Shown here: positions 1-9,549 of the stretch, in pieces
Layout: each line of letters starts with the position of its first letter
Numbering within the stretch: position 1 is the first letter of the stretch
Virus record (IMG/VR): IMGVR_UViG_2609460245_000002
Coordinates: 1 to 64,000 of that record
Length of the DNA stretch: 64,000 bases
Direction: 5' to 3' (one strand)
From: an uncultured virus (IMG/VR IMGVR_UViG_2609460245_000002)
Taxonomy: Duplodnaviria; Heunggongvirae; Uroviricota; Caudoviricetes
Made by a program: the position numbers and the translations under genes
The notes under the pieces: model-generated
Databases searched by the model: none
What the model was told of the DNA's origin: nothing
The model's input: only the letters and a program-made list of their open reading frames with translations

Positions 1-47
1 CCCCACCCGACCCCCACCCCACCCTCGGCTAGAGTTACCGGCCTTTT

Positions 48-629
48 TTAGCTAGGAGGTGCCAAGTGATCTTCACCTGTCCGAGGTAGATAGCCTCTTA
101 GTTTCTCCTCTGTCCCGTAGCTAAGAAGAGTGCATCGATCCCCTGCCACCATATCTTTAACAGTTTTGGCCGACTCTTTTCGCTCCACGAAGCTTACAGC
201 CTCTTTGTAGAGAGAGGAACCTTCCGGCAGTAGAACGTGCTGAGAACCCATCCGAACCCACACACAAGGCTCTTGAATGACTCCCTTGACTACAGTGCAG
301 TTGAATAGCAGGGTAGAGATGTTCCCGGTCGGGACTTCCAGAACGAAACCTCGCGGGTCCGTTACACGGAAGTACTTGTTCTCGGTCACCCAGCGCTCCA
401 CGCTGTCGCCGATGAAGTGCCCCGTTACCGGGACATTATCTACGAAGCACGTCTCAGCGCTCTTTCCTGCCCAGCCCTCACCTGTCTGCTGCTTCTTCTT
501 GAAGCTAGAAGCCAAGCTTCCGTCCTTGTTGAAGTCTACTTGAGCCATGTACGCCAAGGGCGTTCCCTTGTAATCGCCCTTCCGTTGGCTTTTAGCCACC
601 CATAACTGTCTTGAGATATTGAATTTCAT
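48..629 (-). CDS. Hypothetical phage protein; C-terminus probably disrupted near the window edge
   Basis: 193-aa ORF with AAGGAGG RBS and an upstream sigma70-like promoter. Confidence 0.6.
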   Translation of the reverse strand: MKFNISRQLWVAKSQRKGDYKGTPLAYMAQVDFNKDGSLASSFKKKQQTGEGWAGKSAETCFVDNVPVTGHFIGDSVERWVTENKYFRVTDPRGFVLEVPTGNISTLLFNCTVVKGVIQEPCVWVRMGSQHVLLPEGSSLYKEAVSFVERKESAKTVKDMVAGDRCTLLSYGTEEKLRGYLPRTGEDHLAPPS

Positions 630-658
630 ATTTATTCCTCCTTGTGTTGGACGGGGTA

Positions 659-687
659 AGTCTACATGCTCTGGTACTCCAAGTCAA
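659..687 (-). promoter_or_regulatory. Sigma70-like promoter
   Basis: TTGACT-N17-TAGACT on the minus strand. Confidence 0.7.
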
Positions 688-702
688 CCCTGAATTGCAG
701 GC

Positions 703-730
703 AAAAAGAAGCCCGCCTTGTGGGCGGGCT
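703..730 (-). terminator. Rho-independent terminator
   Basis: AGCCCGCC-CACAA-GGCGGGCT followed by TCTTTTT. Confidence 0.8.
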
Positions 731-1060
731 GAAAGTGTGGCGTCCTTGCCACTAACCATGATTTGAATCTCTACCTACAACACTTAATTACAGAAGGTCG
801 TCTGGGTAGGCTTGGCCGGACTCTCGAATAGCCAAGTGGCGTTCTAGAAATTCGATATGAGCATCAAACCATGCACGGATGCGTTGATTTGGTGCAAAGC
901 GTCTAGCTTCTTTGAACTCTTCGAGTTCCTGCCGCAGACGACGTACCGAGTACTTGCGATACACGGCCTCTTTCCAGCGGCTAGTCATTGCTAGTTTCCT
1001 TATACTGAGTAGGGAATTTCCTACATCCCATTGTACCATTCGTCGGCTTATTAGTCAATC

Positions 1061-1291
1061 TCAAGCTAGGGGCCCGGGCCAAACCGAGTCGGGGTTTTTA
1101 ATCCACGCCTTAATATCGATCAGAGTTTTGAAGCCTTCGGATTTGATCCTGCCTTCGCATCCATAAGGGTAATAATACCACTTTTTACCCTCTTTACCGA
1201 GCCATCCTAACCTCTTTTTACCGAACCGGACGATCACTCGCCCGTCCGGAGTGACAGGGAGGAAGTTGACGCACTTGTTAGTCGCGGACAT
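1061..1291 (-). CDS. Hypothetical protein
   Basis: 76-aa ORF in a tightly packed run of genes. Confidence 0.55.
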   Translation of the reverse strand: MSATNKCVNFLPVTPDGRVIVRFGKKRLGWLGKEGKKWYYYPYGCEGRIKSEGFKTLIDIKAWIKNPDSVWPGPLA

Positions 1292-1292
1292 T

Positions 1293-1487
1293 TCACCACT
1301 CCATGCCGACAGTGACAGTCTTGGTTTTGTCGTACACGCTTCGAAGCGCCGCCTCCCAGCCTACCGCTGTCGGATACACAGCACACACTTCGTAAGCCTT
1401 GCCATCGGACCGCAGTCGAACGATATCCCCGGCCTTGGGTCGCTTGTCGAAAGATAGGGTCTCTACTTCTTTAGGCTGTGCTTTCAT
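1293..1487 (-). CDS. Hypothetical protein (small beta-rich)
   Basis: 64-aa ORF with GAGGA RBS. Confidence 0.55.
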   Translation of the reverse strand: MKAQPKEVETLSFDKRPKAGDIVRLRSDGKAYEVCAVYPTAVGWEAALRSVYDKTKTVTVGMEW

Positions 1488-1496
1488 GAGTCCTCC

Positions 1497-2000
1497 TCAC
1501 ATCTTGCTGAAGTTTTGCTTGTAGTCATTATACACGCTGTCGAACAAGCGGTCAATCGTTTCGATATGCACCTCTGACGGAGTACCTGCCGGCAGGAATT
1601 CACCTTTCGGAGGGATCAGGGAGGTAGCCTTCTGACCATTCTCTCCAGTATACGTCACTGCTGCGTTAACTGCAATCTTAATGTCACGTGCAGTAGCCTC
1701 GCCCGGGCGCATCACCTGCCGCACTTCATGTACTACCTTATCCTTGGTGGTGAATTCGCAAGCTGGCTTACGGTCTTCCACCTTGATGCACATGCTGTAC
1801 AGTAGCTTCTCGCTCTTCACGGAGCGACCGAGATTGATGGTGCCGTCATCGGTAGACACGATAATGTCTTTCTGTTCCATCTGAGATTGAACAATCTCTG
1901 CCCCACTGTGCAGAACTGTAACAAACATGCCTATAATACATACAAGCAGAAGGCAGGCTGCGGCAGACAAGCCAACGAGTTTTACAAAATCTTTTATCAT
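1497..2000 (-). CDS. Hypothetical membrane-anchored protein
   Basis: 167-aa ORF, N-terminal hydrophobic helix, GGAGG RBS. Confidence 0.65.
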   Translation of the reverse strand: MIKDFVKLVGLSAAACLLLVCIIGMFVTVLHSGAEIVQSQMEQKDIIVSTDDGTINLGRSVKSEKLLYSMCIKVEDRKPACEFTTKDKVVHEVRQVMRPGEATARDIKIAVNAAVTYTGENGQKATSLIPPKGEFLPAGTPSEVHIETIDRLFDSVYNDYKQNFSKM

Positions 2001-2019
2001 AACTTCCTCCTAGTTGACT

Positions 2020-2259
2020 TTAAAAGTCCAATGTGTTCATCACTGCTTCAGAAGCGTCTCGCAGATTAGCTCGGAGCTTGTCGCAGTCTTCGATACTCAC
2101 TTGCTCATTCATTTCAGCCATGGTAATCAGGCCGTGAATGTAGCCTGTCCGATTAGACAAGGCTCTGTCCCTGAAGCCCTTAGAATAGGCCATCACGTCC
2201 TCCTGCAAGCGATATATGCACCCCTCGACGTACTCAATAATTTTCTCTGTAGTGGCCAT
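2020..2259 (-). CDS. Hypothetical protein
   Basis: 79-aa ORF with AAGGAGG RBS behind a promoter. Confidence 0.6.
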   Translation of the reverse strand: MATTEKIIEYVEGCIYRLQEDVMAYSKGFRDRALSNRTGYIHGLITMAEMNEQVSIEDCDKLRANLRDASEAVMNTLDF

Positions 2260-2289
2260 TCTCGGCTCCTCCTTGTCTGTGATGGGCTT

Positions 2290-2318
2290 ATCTTACAAAG
2301 AATATTATTCTGTGTCAA
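2290..2318 (-). promoter_or_regulatory. Sigma70-like promoter
   Basis: TTGACA-N17-TAAGAT. Confidence 0.75.
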
Positions 2319-2490
2319 GCCTCTTACTGTCTGCGATATCCTGTAGAAGCTGCATCCTGACGAACGGTTTATCTTTCTCTGCCTTCTCGCAGTCTGAGCA
2401 GTAGATGGTGCAAACTCCGCGAACATACAGCTTGCCTCCGCAGTGATAGCACATGTTGATTCCCAGTGTATCCACAACATTAGGTCGCAT
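2305..2490 (-). CDS. Small zinc-ribbon protein
   Basis: CxxC...CxxC (CYHC, CSDC). Confidence 0.5.
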   Translation of the reverse strand: MRPNVVDTLGINMCYHCGGKLYVRGVCTIYCSDCEKAEKDKPFVRMQLLQDIADSKRLDTE

Positions 2491-2495
2491 AATCT

Positions 2496-2873
2496 TCAGT
2501 CCTCCTTACCGGGCGCGGCGGCGATTGCTGCGTTCAATGCGATGCCAGCTCGCAAGATTCCGCCCTTGCTCGTAGTGACAAGCACTGCCTTCAAGGCTTC
2601 GACCATTTCCAGCGTGGCGTCCTCGGGTACCAGCTTCCATCCCGCTGGCACGCTGTGCTGAGTTTTGGCTACAGGGAGTAGAAGGAATGCGTCGACTTCC
2701 TCAAGAAGCTCGATTTGACCGCTCACATTGAGAGGGTTATCGCAGTCGACGAAACCGCGCGACTCCCTGAGTAATCGCAGTGCCAGCCTCAGCTTCGCCT
2801 CTAGCTCCTCCACCTTCTTTACATTCAAGTCCCGGTCATACATCACTTGCATGTACTTGTCGAACATATCCAT
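2496..2873 (-). CDS. Hypothetical protein with a lambdoid accessory-type C-terminus
   Basis: VPAGWKLVP...EM...AAIAAAP motif. Confidence 0.55.
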   Translation of the reverse strand: MDMFDKYMQVMYDRDLNVKKVEELEAKLRLALRLLRESRGFVDCDNPLNVSGQIELLEEVDAFLLLPVAKTQHSVPAGWKLVPEDATLEMVEALKAVLVTTSKGGILRAGIALNAAIAAAPGKED

Positions 2874-2874
2874 A

Positions 2875-3150
2875 TCAAATCTCCTTGTCAGCTTGGTGCT
2901 GATACCTAACTTGGAAGTTCCAAGCGTCTTTTGAAAACTCGCGGGCTGGAAGCTCCTGTCGGCTCGCTAGAACAGCGGGCATATTAGGCGACTTACCTGC
3001 GTAGACGTAGTAAACGTTAACATCCCACTTTTCAGAACCATATCGCTCAGTTCCTTTAATTTCGACCACATGCCCTTCGCAGCTCTCCCACAGCTCTCCT
3101 TGATTGAAGGCAGGACCGTCCGGGCTGTGAAATTTCTGGGCCCCGTTCAT
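2875..3150 (-). CDS. Hypothetical protein
   Basis: 91-aa ORF overlapping its neighbour (ATGA). Confidence 0.55.
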   Translation of the reverse strand: MNGAQKFHSPDGPAFNQGELWESCEGHVVEIKGTERYGSEKWDVNVYYVYAGKSPNMPAVLASRQELPAREFSKDAWNFQVRYQHQADKEI

Positions 3151-3386
3151 TCCTCAGTTTCCTCTAGGATAGTATACCCCGGGTACAGGAACACTTCAGC
3201 GATAATCCCTTGACGCACACCGAGTTCCACGCCTGTAACATCATGGATGTGAATCTGACCATGCTTATCTCTCGTCCACTGAATCCCACGGAGGAGATTA
3301 TGAACGGCTAACTGACATAGGGTCAGAACATGCCGCTGTTCGTTGTCGAGAACGATATACCGGATTTTGTCAATAGTCTGTTCCAT
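3147..3386 (-). CDS. Hypothetical protein
   Basis: 79-aa ORF with GAGGA RBS. Confidence 0.55.
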   Translation of the reverse strand: MEQTIDKIRYIVLDNEQRHVLTLCQLAVHNLLRGIQWTRDKHGQIHIHDVTGVELGVRQGIIAEVFLYPGYTILEETEE

Positions 3387-3619
3387 TAAATCCTCCTCTT
3401 AGTAGTTAGGTACGAGCACCCTTTGCTGACCGGGGTGCACAGGTTTGTCTGGCTCGACGTCACTATACTCCCACACGCTAATTACTCGATTATCCTCCGT
3501 TACACAGGCAAATTCACAAAATCTAGTTCTTTGTAGACCGGCTGCTACATCCAGCGCGTAAGTTGCCGAGCCGTAAGGCTCACTAGTTTGCATCAGTCGC
3601 TTTTTAGAATATTTTCCCA

Positions 3620-3856
3620 TTAGATCACCTCGATTCCAGATTGTAGGAGCGCGTCTCTGGTGTCCTCTACGTTGTAGGCCCAATCCCCAGACCAGTAATC
3701 GCCAAAGTATTCAGGATTCGGCAACTCCACCTTCAGAGCCTCACGACTAGACCTCCAGATATACTCTGCCCAGCCTTTAGCACAAGATTTGCGAAGCTCT
3801 TCCTGCTCCTCTCGGGCCCACCATCGATTAAACTCTTCTCGTAGTTTGTTGTTCAT
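3620..3856 (-). CDS. Hypothetical protein, paralog of 59603-59827
   Basis: Starts MNNKLREEF; W..SR.AL.VELP...AL.Q.GIEV motif. Confidence 0.6.
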   Translation of the reverse strand: MNNKLREEFNRWWAREEQEELRKSCAKGWAEYIWRSSREALKVELPNPEYFGDYWSGDWAYNVEDTRDALLQSGIEVI

Positions 3857-4071
3857 CGCGTGAACTCCACTACCCACGTAGGCTCCGATCCTACAAAGGA
3901 TCGCCGGAGCGTAGCAGTCCATCCCTTATCTATAAGATAGCTTGCGCGAGAGCTTGCTGCACTCCAAGAGAAGTAGACCTCAGAAAACTTGTTCATTTCG
4001 ACCCTCCGTCTGTTTGATGGGCTCAGAATACACAAAAGGCCCGGAAGCTGTCAAGCCCCGGGCCAATGATT

Positions 4072-5817
4072 TTACATGCACATTTCACATTCTTCCGTTC
4101 TGGAAATATCCCCAGCACCTCGCATACTATAGATGTAGTATAGCGAGAGGATGTTCGGGTCTTCCATGGCCAGACGATGGATGTACGAGATGTAAGCCGG
4201 CGAGTCATTCGACGTGAAATAAAGGTTGATGCTTTGCCCTTGGTCGATGTACTTCTGCCGCTGGGAACACAGTCGTAGGTAGTCTTCCATTCTCACTTCG
4301 AAAGCAGTACGGAATACCGCCTTTTCGTGATCTGTCAGCCAGTCTACGTGCTGGACGCTCCCCTTGCGTTCGTTAATCTGCCTTGCACACTCTTCCCAAT
4401 CGAGGCCTCGCTCTTGAATAATCTCCAGCAACACCTTGTTGACACGGAAGAATTCACCTCCAGCGCTCTGCTTGGTGAAGCACATAGCAACGTCCAGTCC
4501 GATGCCCTCAGAAGCCCCAGCCATGAGTTCTGCCGTCGATTTAGTTGGCGGCATCATCGTCGTAGTGGCATTACGCTTCCCTAGTCCACGGCACCCCTCC
4601 GGCTCTCCTAGAACCGCAGCCAGCCAACTGTTACAAGCTTCCGCTTGTTCCTTCATCCCTTTGAAGATGGCGTTGTTCAGGAACATAGCGTCCATGCTGC
4701 CGACCGGGAATCGTTCACGCTGGAGCAGAGTATGGAATCCTAGAACCCCACTACCAAGTGCTCGGAAGTTTTTGGTGAACCGGTAAATCTTCTCCAGAGC
4801 CCGGCGATCCTGAATGCTAACTTCGTCCATGGTTGCGATGTACTCGCTGATGTTGCAATCCGACATAACCTGCCCGATAAACACAAGGTGTTTAGGCCAA
4901 GAACGGTAGAGTTCGAGGTTATAGTTCAGGATCACGCAACTGAACGTGTACTGGTCGTTAGCTGGAAGCACAGTCTCTTGGCAGAGATTAGATGCCTCTA
5001 CCTTCAAACCTGCTCGCTTGAACGGCTCTGCGAGGTGCCGGTTCATCTTGTCAATGAACGTGAAGTAACCCTTGCCTCTTGCCAGCTTAACGAACATCAT
5101 CCGCTTCCATCGTTTCAGCGTTTCAGGGTCTTTCTCGGCCATAGCCTTGCACCAGTTGTCGTCCAGCAACCATCCGACGTTGTTCGATTCTGTACGCTTG
5201 TACAGGTGGTCGATAACGTTCCAGAAGTCCCCATGGCGAGGGTTAATGCTGTAGGCACAGCTACCACGACGAGAACCCTGTGCGACCTCTTCCATAACGT
5301 TGATAACGTCACGAATGACAGGCATAACACCCTGCGACTCTCCACCACGAATGGCATCGCCTTCGGATGGCCAGTTGGTCAGGCTGAAGCTTGTTCCATG
5401 GCTGTGCTTCGTTAGCACGGCAATCTCTGTCATTACATTGTAACGGTCATAGAGGTTGTTGTCCATCAGTCCACCAGCACAAGATACCGTAGTGCCCTTC
5501 TTGCGGAGCCCGCCGTTCGACAGGAGCGGAGTGGATGGGCTGACAAATCCATCCCACATAACGTCGAAGAATACCTGTTCCCAGTCCTTGCCTCTAGTGT
5601 ACTCGTCGTTCTCCCACCATTCAGGATACACCATAGGGGCGTGCTGAGCCATTGCTCTTGCTACAGTCTCAAAACGAGAGCGAACAGACTCGCCCTCGTT
5701 CGAATATTTCTTCATGAACAACTGGTAGCCAGCCGTAGTGTACCACAGTGGAGTCTCACCTGCTGCTTGGCTGTTCTTCCTAGCTTCGGAATAGTTGAAT
5801 GTATCTCTCTTACTCAT
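4072..5817 (-). CDS. nrdA: Ribonucleotide reductase class I alpha subunit
   Basis: STPLLSN, SC, SNLCQE, PTKS, DQGQSINL and SLYY motifs; C-terminal CxxC. Confidence 0.93.
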   Translation of the reverse strand: MSKRDTFNYSEARKNSQAAGETPLWYTTAGYQLFMKKYSNEGESVRSRFETVARAMAQHAPMVYPEWWENDEYTRGKDWEQVFFDVMWDGFVSPSTPLLSNGGLRKKGTTVSCAGGLMDNNLYDRYNVMTEIAVLTKHSHGTSFSLTNWPSEGDAIRGGESQGVMPVIRDVINVMEEVAQGSRRGSCAYSINPRHGDFWNVIDHLYKRTESNNVGWLLDDNWCKAMAEKDPETLKRWKRMMFVKLARGKGYFTFIDKMNRHLAEPFKRAGLKVEASNLCQETVLPANDQYTFSCVILNYNLELYRSWPKHLVFIGQVMSDCNISEYIATMDEVSIQDRRALEKIYRFTKNFRALGSGVLGFHTLLQRERFPVGSMDAMFLNNAIFKGMKEQAEACNSWLAAVLGEPEGCRGLGKRNATTTMMPPTKSTAELMAGASEGIGLDVAMCFTKQSAGGEFFRVNKVLLEIIQERGLDWEECARQINERKGSVQHVDWLTDHEKAVFRTAFEVRMEDYLRLCSQRQKYIDQGQSINLYFTSNDSPAYISYIHRLAMEDPNILSLYYIYSMRGAGDISRTEECEMCM

Positions 5818-6856
5818 ATTTCAGCTCCTCTTCCCAAGCCTTTGCCAATTCCTCTTCATCCCACCCTAGTTCGTATTCCATGCCCATACCCGGAGTGAAG
5901 AAGTCGATCATCTTGTAGGCATAAGTGTTCATTTCGAACCAATCCTTGATCGGAGTGTCATCGTTTTCGAAGTGATCTTCTAGACCTAGACGACGGCACC
6001 ATACGTTCAAACGATACCGAACAAACGCTTTATAGTTTTCAGCCGACTCGCCGTTAAGTTCTCCGCCCGGGATCGCCATATCGACAATACGGCATTCATG
6101 AGCATATACATGGTCGATAGCTTGTCGAATCTTCTCGACACGCCGAGTATCTTCAGACAATGGTCGACCAATCTCTGCGTAGTATTGGTTGATGATCTCA
6201 GCCGAAACTACACCGTGCAAGTCTTCATCCACAGCACTCTGGTTAGCTCCGCGTGCGATGACAGGGATATCGTTATACCCGTTGCACTGGAAGCTCTTCA
6301 GGATAGCGAAAGAACTGAACAGAAGGGCAGTCTCTGTTAGGCTGAAGATAATTACCGAAAGAACATCGTCTTCATCGCCTAGAACAGACTCAAGCCAGTC
6401 CATCCGACCCATAAGCTCGGGGTCGTCCTTGTAAGCTACATAGTCCGCATCTGTATCCATCCCCAGCACTACGTTGATCTGGTTGTAGAATTCAGCGTGG
6501 ACTGCCAATTCCATCATGCACAGGATCGAAGCCGCTAGTTTAACCTCTGGGCGAGGGAACGTTCGGACTACTTTACCCATCCAAAACTCCTCACCTACGA
6601 TCAGTTCGTATTTGAGGAACAGTTGAAGGACAGTCTTTACAGCGTGAAGCTGATGAGGTTCCAACTTAAACTTCAGGTTCAACTTATCCAGCTCTACCTT
6701 CATTTCGCTAGAGAACCACAACTTCTCTTCTAGTTGCTGGTTTGCTAGTTCGACAATGACCGGATATTTCCGGGCATAGGACTCCGTTGGAGTCCTGATT
6801 TGTGTGATCTTATTGAAAATATCGGCCTCATCTACGAGAGCCTTTGTAACTTCCAT
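5810..6856 (-). CDS. nrdB: Ribonucleotide reductase class I beta subunit
   Basis: ExxH...Y (ELAVHAEFY), DEDLH and DFF motifs; start at MEVTKAL. Confidence 0.92.
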   Translation of the reverse strand: MEVTKALVDEADIFNKITQIRTPTESYARKYPVIVELANQQLEEKLWFSSEMKVELDKLNLKFKLEPHQLHAVKTVLQLFLKYELIVGEEFWMGKVVRTFPRPEVKLAASILCMMELAVHAEFYNQINVVLGMDTDADYVAYKDDPELMGRMDWLESVLGDEDDVLSVIIFSLTETALLFSSFAILKSFQCNGYNDIPVIARGANQSAVDEDLHGVVSAEIINQYYAEIGRPLSEDTRRVEKIRQAIDHVYAHECRIVDMAIPGGELNGESAENYKAFVRYRLNVWCRRLGLEDHFENDDTPIKDWFEMNTYAYKMIDFFTPGMGMEYELGWDEEELAKAWEEELKYE

Positions 6857-6872
6857 ATCTACTCCTACTGCA

Positions 6873-7217
6873 TTAATTGTGGAACGTTGCCTCTGTCGAT
6901 CCCTCTGGTCGCATCTTACGAAGAGTGAACCGCAGGTTACTATCATCACACGCTGCGATATGAGCTTCCAGAGAGGCGCAGCCGAGGCTCAACCATTCCT
7001 TGTCTGTCCGCTCAAAGCCAGAGAATCGTAGGCCCTCTACGACTCGGCCAATCAGGGTGCGATGTTGACAGAAAACCATTTCATACGAGTAGTTTTTAAC
7101 ATCCATGCCGTTAGTCCACAGATGCTCCCTAACCACCTTCTCATTATTACTCTGGAACGCCTCTTTGAAGCCATCGACCAGCATGAGGTCTTCCAGACTC
7201 AGGTTATATTCTGCCAT
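6873..7217 (-). CDS. Hypothetical protein
   Basis: ORF between thyX and nrdB, start MAEYNL after AAGGAG. Confidence 0.6.
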   Translation of the reverse strand: MAEYNLSLEDLMLVDGFKEAFQSNNEKVVREHLWTNGMDVKNYSYEMVFCQHRTLIGRVVEGLRFSGFERTDKEWLSLGCASLEAHIAACDDSNLRFTLRKMRPEGSTEATFHN

Positions 7218-7218
7218 T

Positions 7219-8181
7219 TTAAACTCCTTCCTCTTCTTGGCCGTAGTATTCATTACATACATGCCCTTTAATTAGTTGACGATGTTGGATGAAACCTTTG
7301 AAGTTACCAGACCAGAAATTACCCTCACGATCCGCATGAGTTACGCCATCCTCCCAATCCGGCTGTTGTTGACAATCCCCACACCAGAAGTGAGGCTCCA
7401 GCATCGGCGTTGCTTGGTGTTCGAACGGGCTAGCGTGAACGGGCTTAGTATCTACCAATCGGTTGTAGATTACAAGAGCTTTCTCCAGAGTCTCGTCGTT
7501 CTTCCTATAGCTAACCTGAGCGCAGCAGCTAGCAGACACCTTGATAGCATCCTCTACGCTGAGTTCTTGCCCGTTGCAATCTGCGTAACGCAGCTTACCA
7601 TCCCCTATGCGGAACCGAGTCACATAGGGAACATGCCACTCATCGTGTCGCAGCACCTCGGAATTAGACTCAAGAAGAGCCTCATACATCACCCCGGCCA
7701 AGGCTTTAATCTCCGGCTGAGCATCCTTGTGACGACGTAGGTAGAAAAAGTTATCCAGTTCCGTAGCGGTAACAACAGTCTTCATCATCTGGAACGGCTC
7801 AAGGAGACGGTTAACCACCTGCTTGTGGAGGCCCATTTTATGTAATGCCTTGGCGATCCTCGCCGCAGTCTTCGCAGCCTTCTTCCACAGATGTTGAGAG
7901 CTACGTTGTAGGCATTCGTTCAGTTCAAACTCTGCTTGCATTCCCGGCTGATTCATGCCCCAGTGAATAGGCATCGCAGGATTCTCTTCTACTTGCCGGA
8001 TCATATGAGCAACAGGAATAGCTCGACTACTTGCAGCGTTCCGACTGAACAGCCGGTGAGTCATTAGCTCACTATGAATGAATCGAGGATACTCCAGCTC
8101 GAATGTGGTGATTCTTCGGCAATTCGCCTCTCCTAGTCCGGTACGGAAGCTATCTTGAATCACTTTTGCAGAAATTTGCAT
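7219..8181 (-). CDS. thyX: Flavin-dependent thymidylate synthase
   Basis: ELMTHRLFSRNAASSR ThyX motif; AQPEI; HASPFEH. Confidence 0.92.
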   Translation of the reverse strand: MQISAKVIQDSFRTGLGEANCRRITTFELEYPRFIHSELMTHRLFSRNAASSRAIPVAHMIRQVEENPAMPIHWGMNQPGMQAEFELNECLQRSSQHLWKKAAKTAARIAKALHKMGLHKQVVNRLLEPFQMMKTVVTATELDNFFYLRRHKDAQPEIKALAGVMYEALLESNSEVLRHDEWHVPYVTRFRIGDGKLRYADCNGQELSVEDAIKVSASCCAQVSYRKNDETLEKALVIYNRLVDTKPVHASPFEHQATPMLEPHFWCGDCQQQPDWEDGVTHADREGNFWSGNFKGFIQHRQLIKGHVCNEYYGQEEEGV

Positions 8182-8211
8182 AAACTCTCCTTATTAAATC
8201 TTTGATACAAT

Positions 8212-8230
8212 AAAGGGAGCCGAAGCTCCC
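8212..8230 (-). terminator. UUCG-loop terminator
   Basis: GGGAGC-TTCG-GCTCCC-TTT. Confidence 0.7.
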
Positions 8231-8387
8231 TTGTCTTATTGAAGCATTGCGAAGGTGAGGCACCATACGACCTCGCTAGCGAGTACAGGATGCACCATCA
8301 TGAGCTTCTGTTTTACTTTCTGGATCATATCTACATACCTCCTTCGTTTCAACTTGGAGCCTATTATCGCAAGCCTCAGAGAGAATG

Positions 8388-9338
8388 TCAACCCCTTTCT
8401 CTGAGAATCTTATCGATCTCCAACTGAGCAAAGAAGATGACTTTCTCGTAGTCCCGGATAACATCGTTGCCGGCCTTGAGCTTGCCTAGGTTCTGAGCTG
8501 CCGCAGCACGCCACAACGCTTTGAACATGTTACCTTGACCGAATCGCATATCCAACGCCTCGATAATGTCATTACACTCTGCGAAGTACTCTCGATTAGC
8601 CTTCGTGGTTGGGTTGGTCACCTTGACAGTGTAATAACTGGAGGAGCCTCCGCTACCCACAGCTTCTGTGTGGTTGGCCATAGCTTCCAGTGTGGCGTAG
8701 TTATCTTCGCCTAGGTAGTCCTCTAGACCTACGAATATCAATCCCTGCTCTTCATTTTCTGCTACGCTCCGCATGGATTTTTTATACTGATCGTAGCTGC
8801 TCCCTTTCGACAAGTGCTCAACCGTCGTTTCCGCATCTTCGTGCTCTACCTCCGACTCCTCAGCTAGAGCCGAAAACTCTTCTTCATCAGCGGTGTAGGG
8901 CGACAAGATATCTTTAATAGACGCCTTCTCGAACAATGGAATACTTTTAGGTGTCGCTCCTGTCGAAAACAAACCATAAGCTCTCTCTAGGTTTGTCAGA
9001 GGCTGGGCTCGCTCCCAGTTAACAAAAGTAGCCGTGGGCGGCTCCTCGAACAAAACATCATACGCCTGTTGCATATCGGCCAGATTACTCGGATCATAAC
9101 CTTCCTTCTTCAGCAGGAAGAAGTCGGAAAACCGGCATACTTTGACAGAGCAGTCGTCGTCAGCGGTACTTACCATCCTTACAACCAGTTCACCTTCTTT
9201 GATATTACCCCGAGCTTCAGTAACAACTAGAACCGTTCCGTGAGGGATATCACAGGCATTCCAATGATCGATATTAGGGGAGCATTTCGCTCTCTTAACT
9301 AGCGAGATCGATTGTCCAACATGAACGTGCTCACTCAA
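8388..9338 (-). CDS. Protein with C-terminal DUF3310-like domain
   Basis: YY...ECNDII..L..FGQGNMFKALWR...D.EK..FF pattern. Confidence 0.55.
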   Translation of the reverse strand: MSEHVHVGQSISLVKRAKCSPNIDHWNACDIPHGTVLVVTEARGNIKEGELVVRMVSTADDDCSVKVCRFSDFFLLKKEGYDPSNLADMQQAYDVLFEEPPTATFVNWERAQPLTNLERAYGLFSTGATPKSIPLFEKASIKDILSPYTADEEEFSALAEESEVEHEDAETTVEHLSKGSSYDQYKKSMRSVAENEEQGLIFVGLEDYLGEDNYATLEAMANHTEAVGSGGSSSYYTVKVTNPTTKANREYFAECNDIIEALDMRFGQGNMFKALWRAAAAQNLGKLKAGNDVIRDYEKVIFFAQLEIDKILRERG

Positions 9339-9546
9339 AGTTCACCTCCATATCCTTAAGCTCTTGGAACCCTTCTAGGCTCTCGATTTTAGCACACATC
9401 ACCCGCATAGTGATGTAACCCTTCAACACTCCTTGCGGACCCTTGAATTGACTCTCTAGGAACGCCAGCAGGGCATCAAGCCCTGCCGAGTCAACCATGA
9501 GATCGTCTTCAGAGAGGGCAGCCTCGTCTTTTACAATCTCTTCCAC
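9331..9546 (-). CDS. Hypothetical protein
   Basis: 71-aa ORF, GTG start with GAGGAG RBS. Confidence 0.55.
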   Translation of the reverse strand: MEEIVKDEAALSEDDLMVDSAGLDALLAFLESQFKGPQGVLKGYITMRVMCAKIESLEGFQELKDMEVNFE

Positions 9547-9549
9547 TTG

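Noticed and set aside
1..47. C-rich tract with G-quadruplex potential on the minus strand
   Set aside because: At the window edge where the adjacent ORF degrades; may be low-quality contig end sequence.
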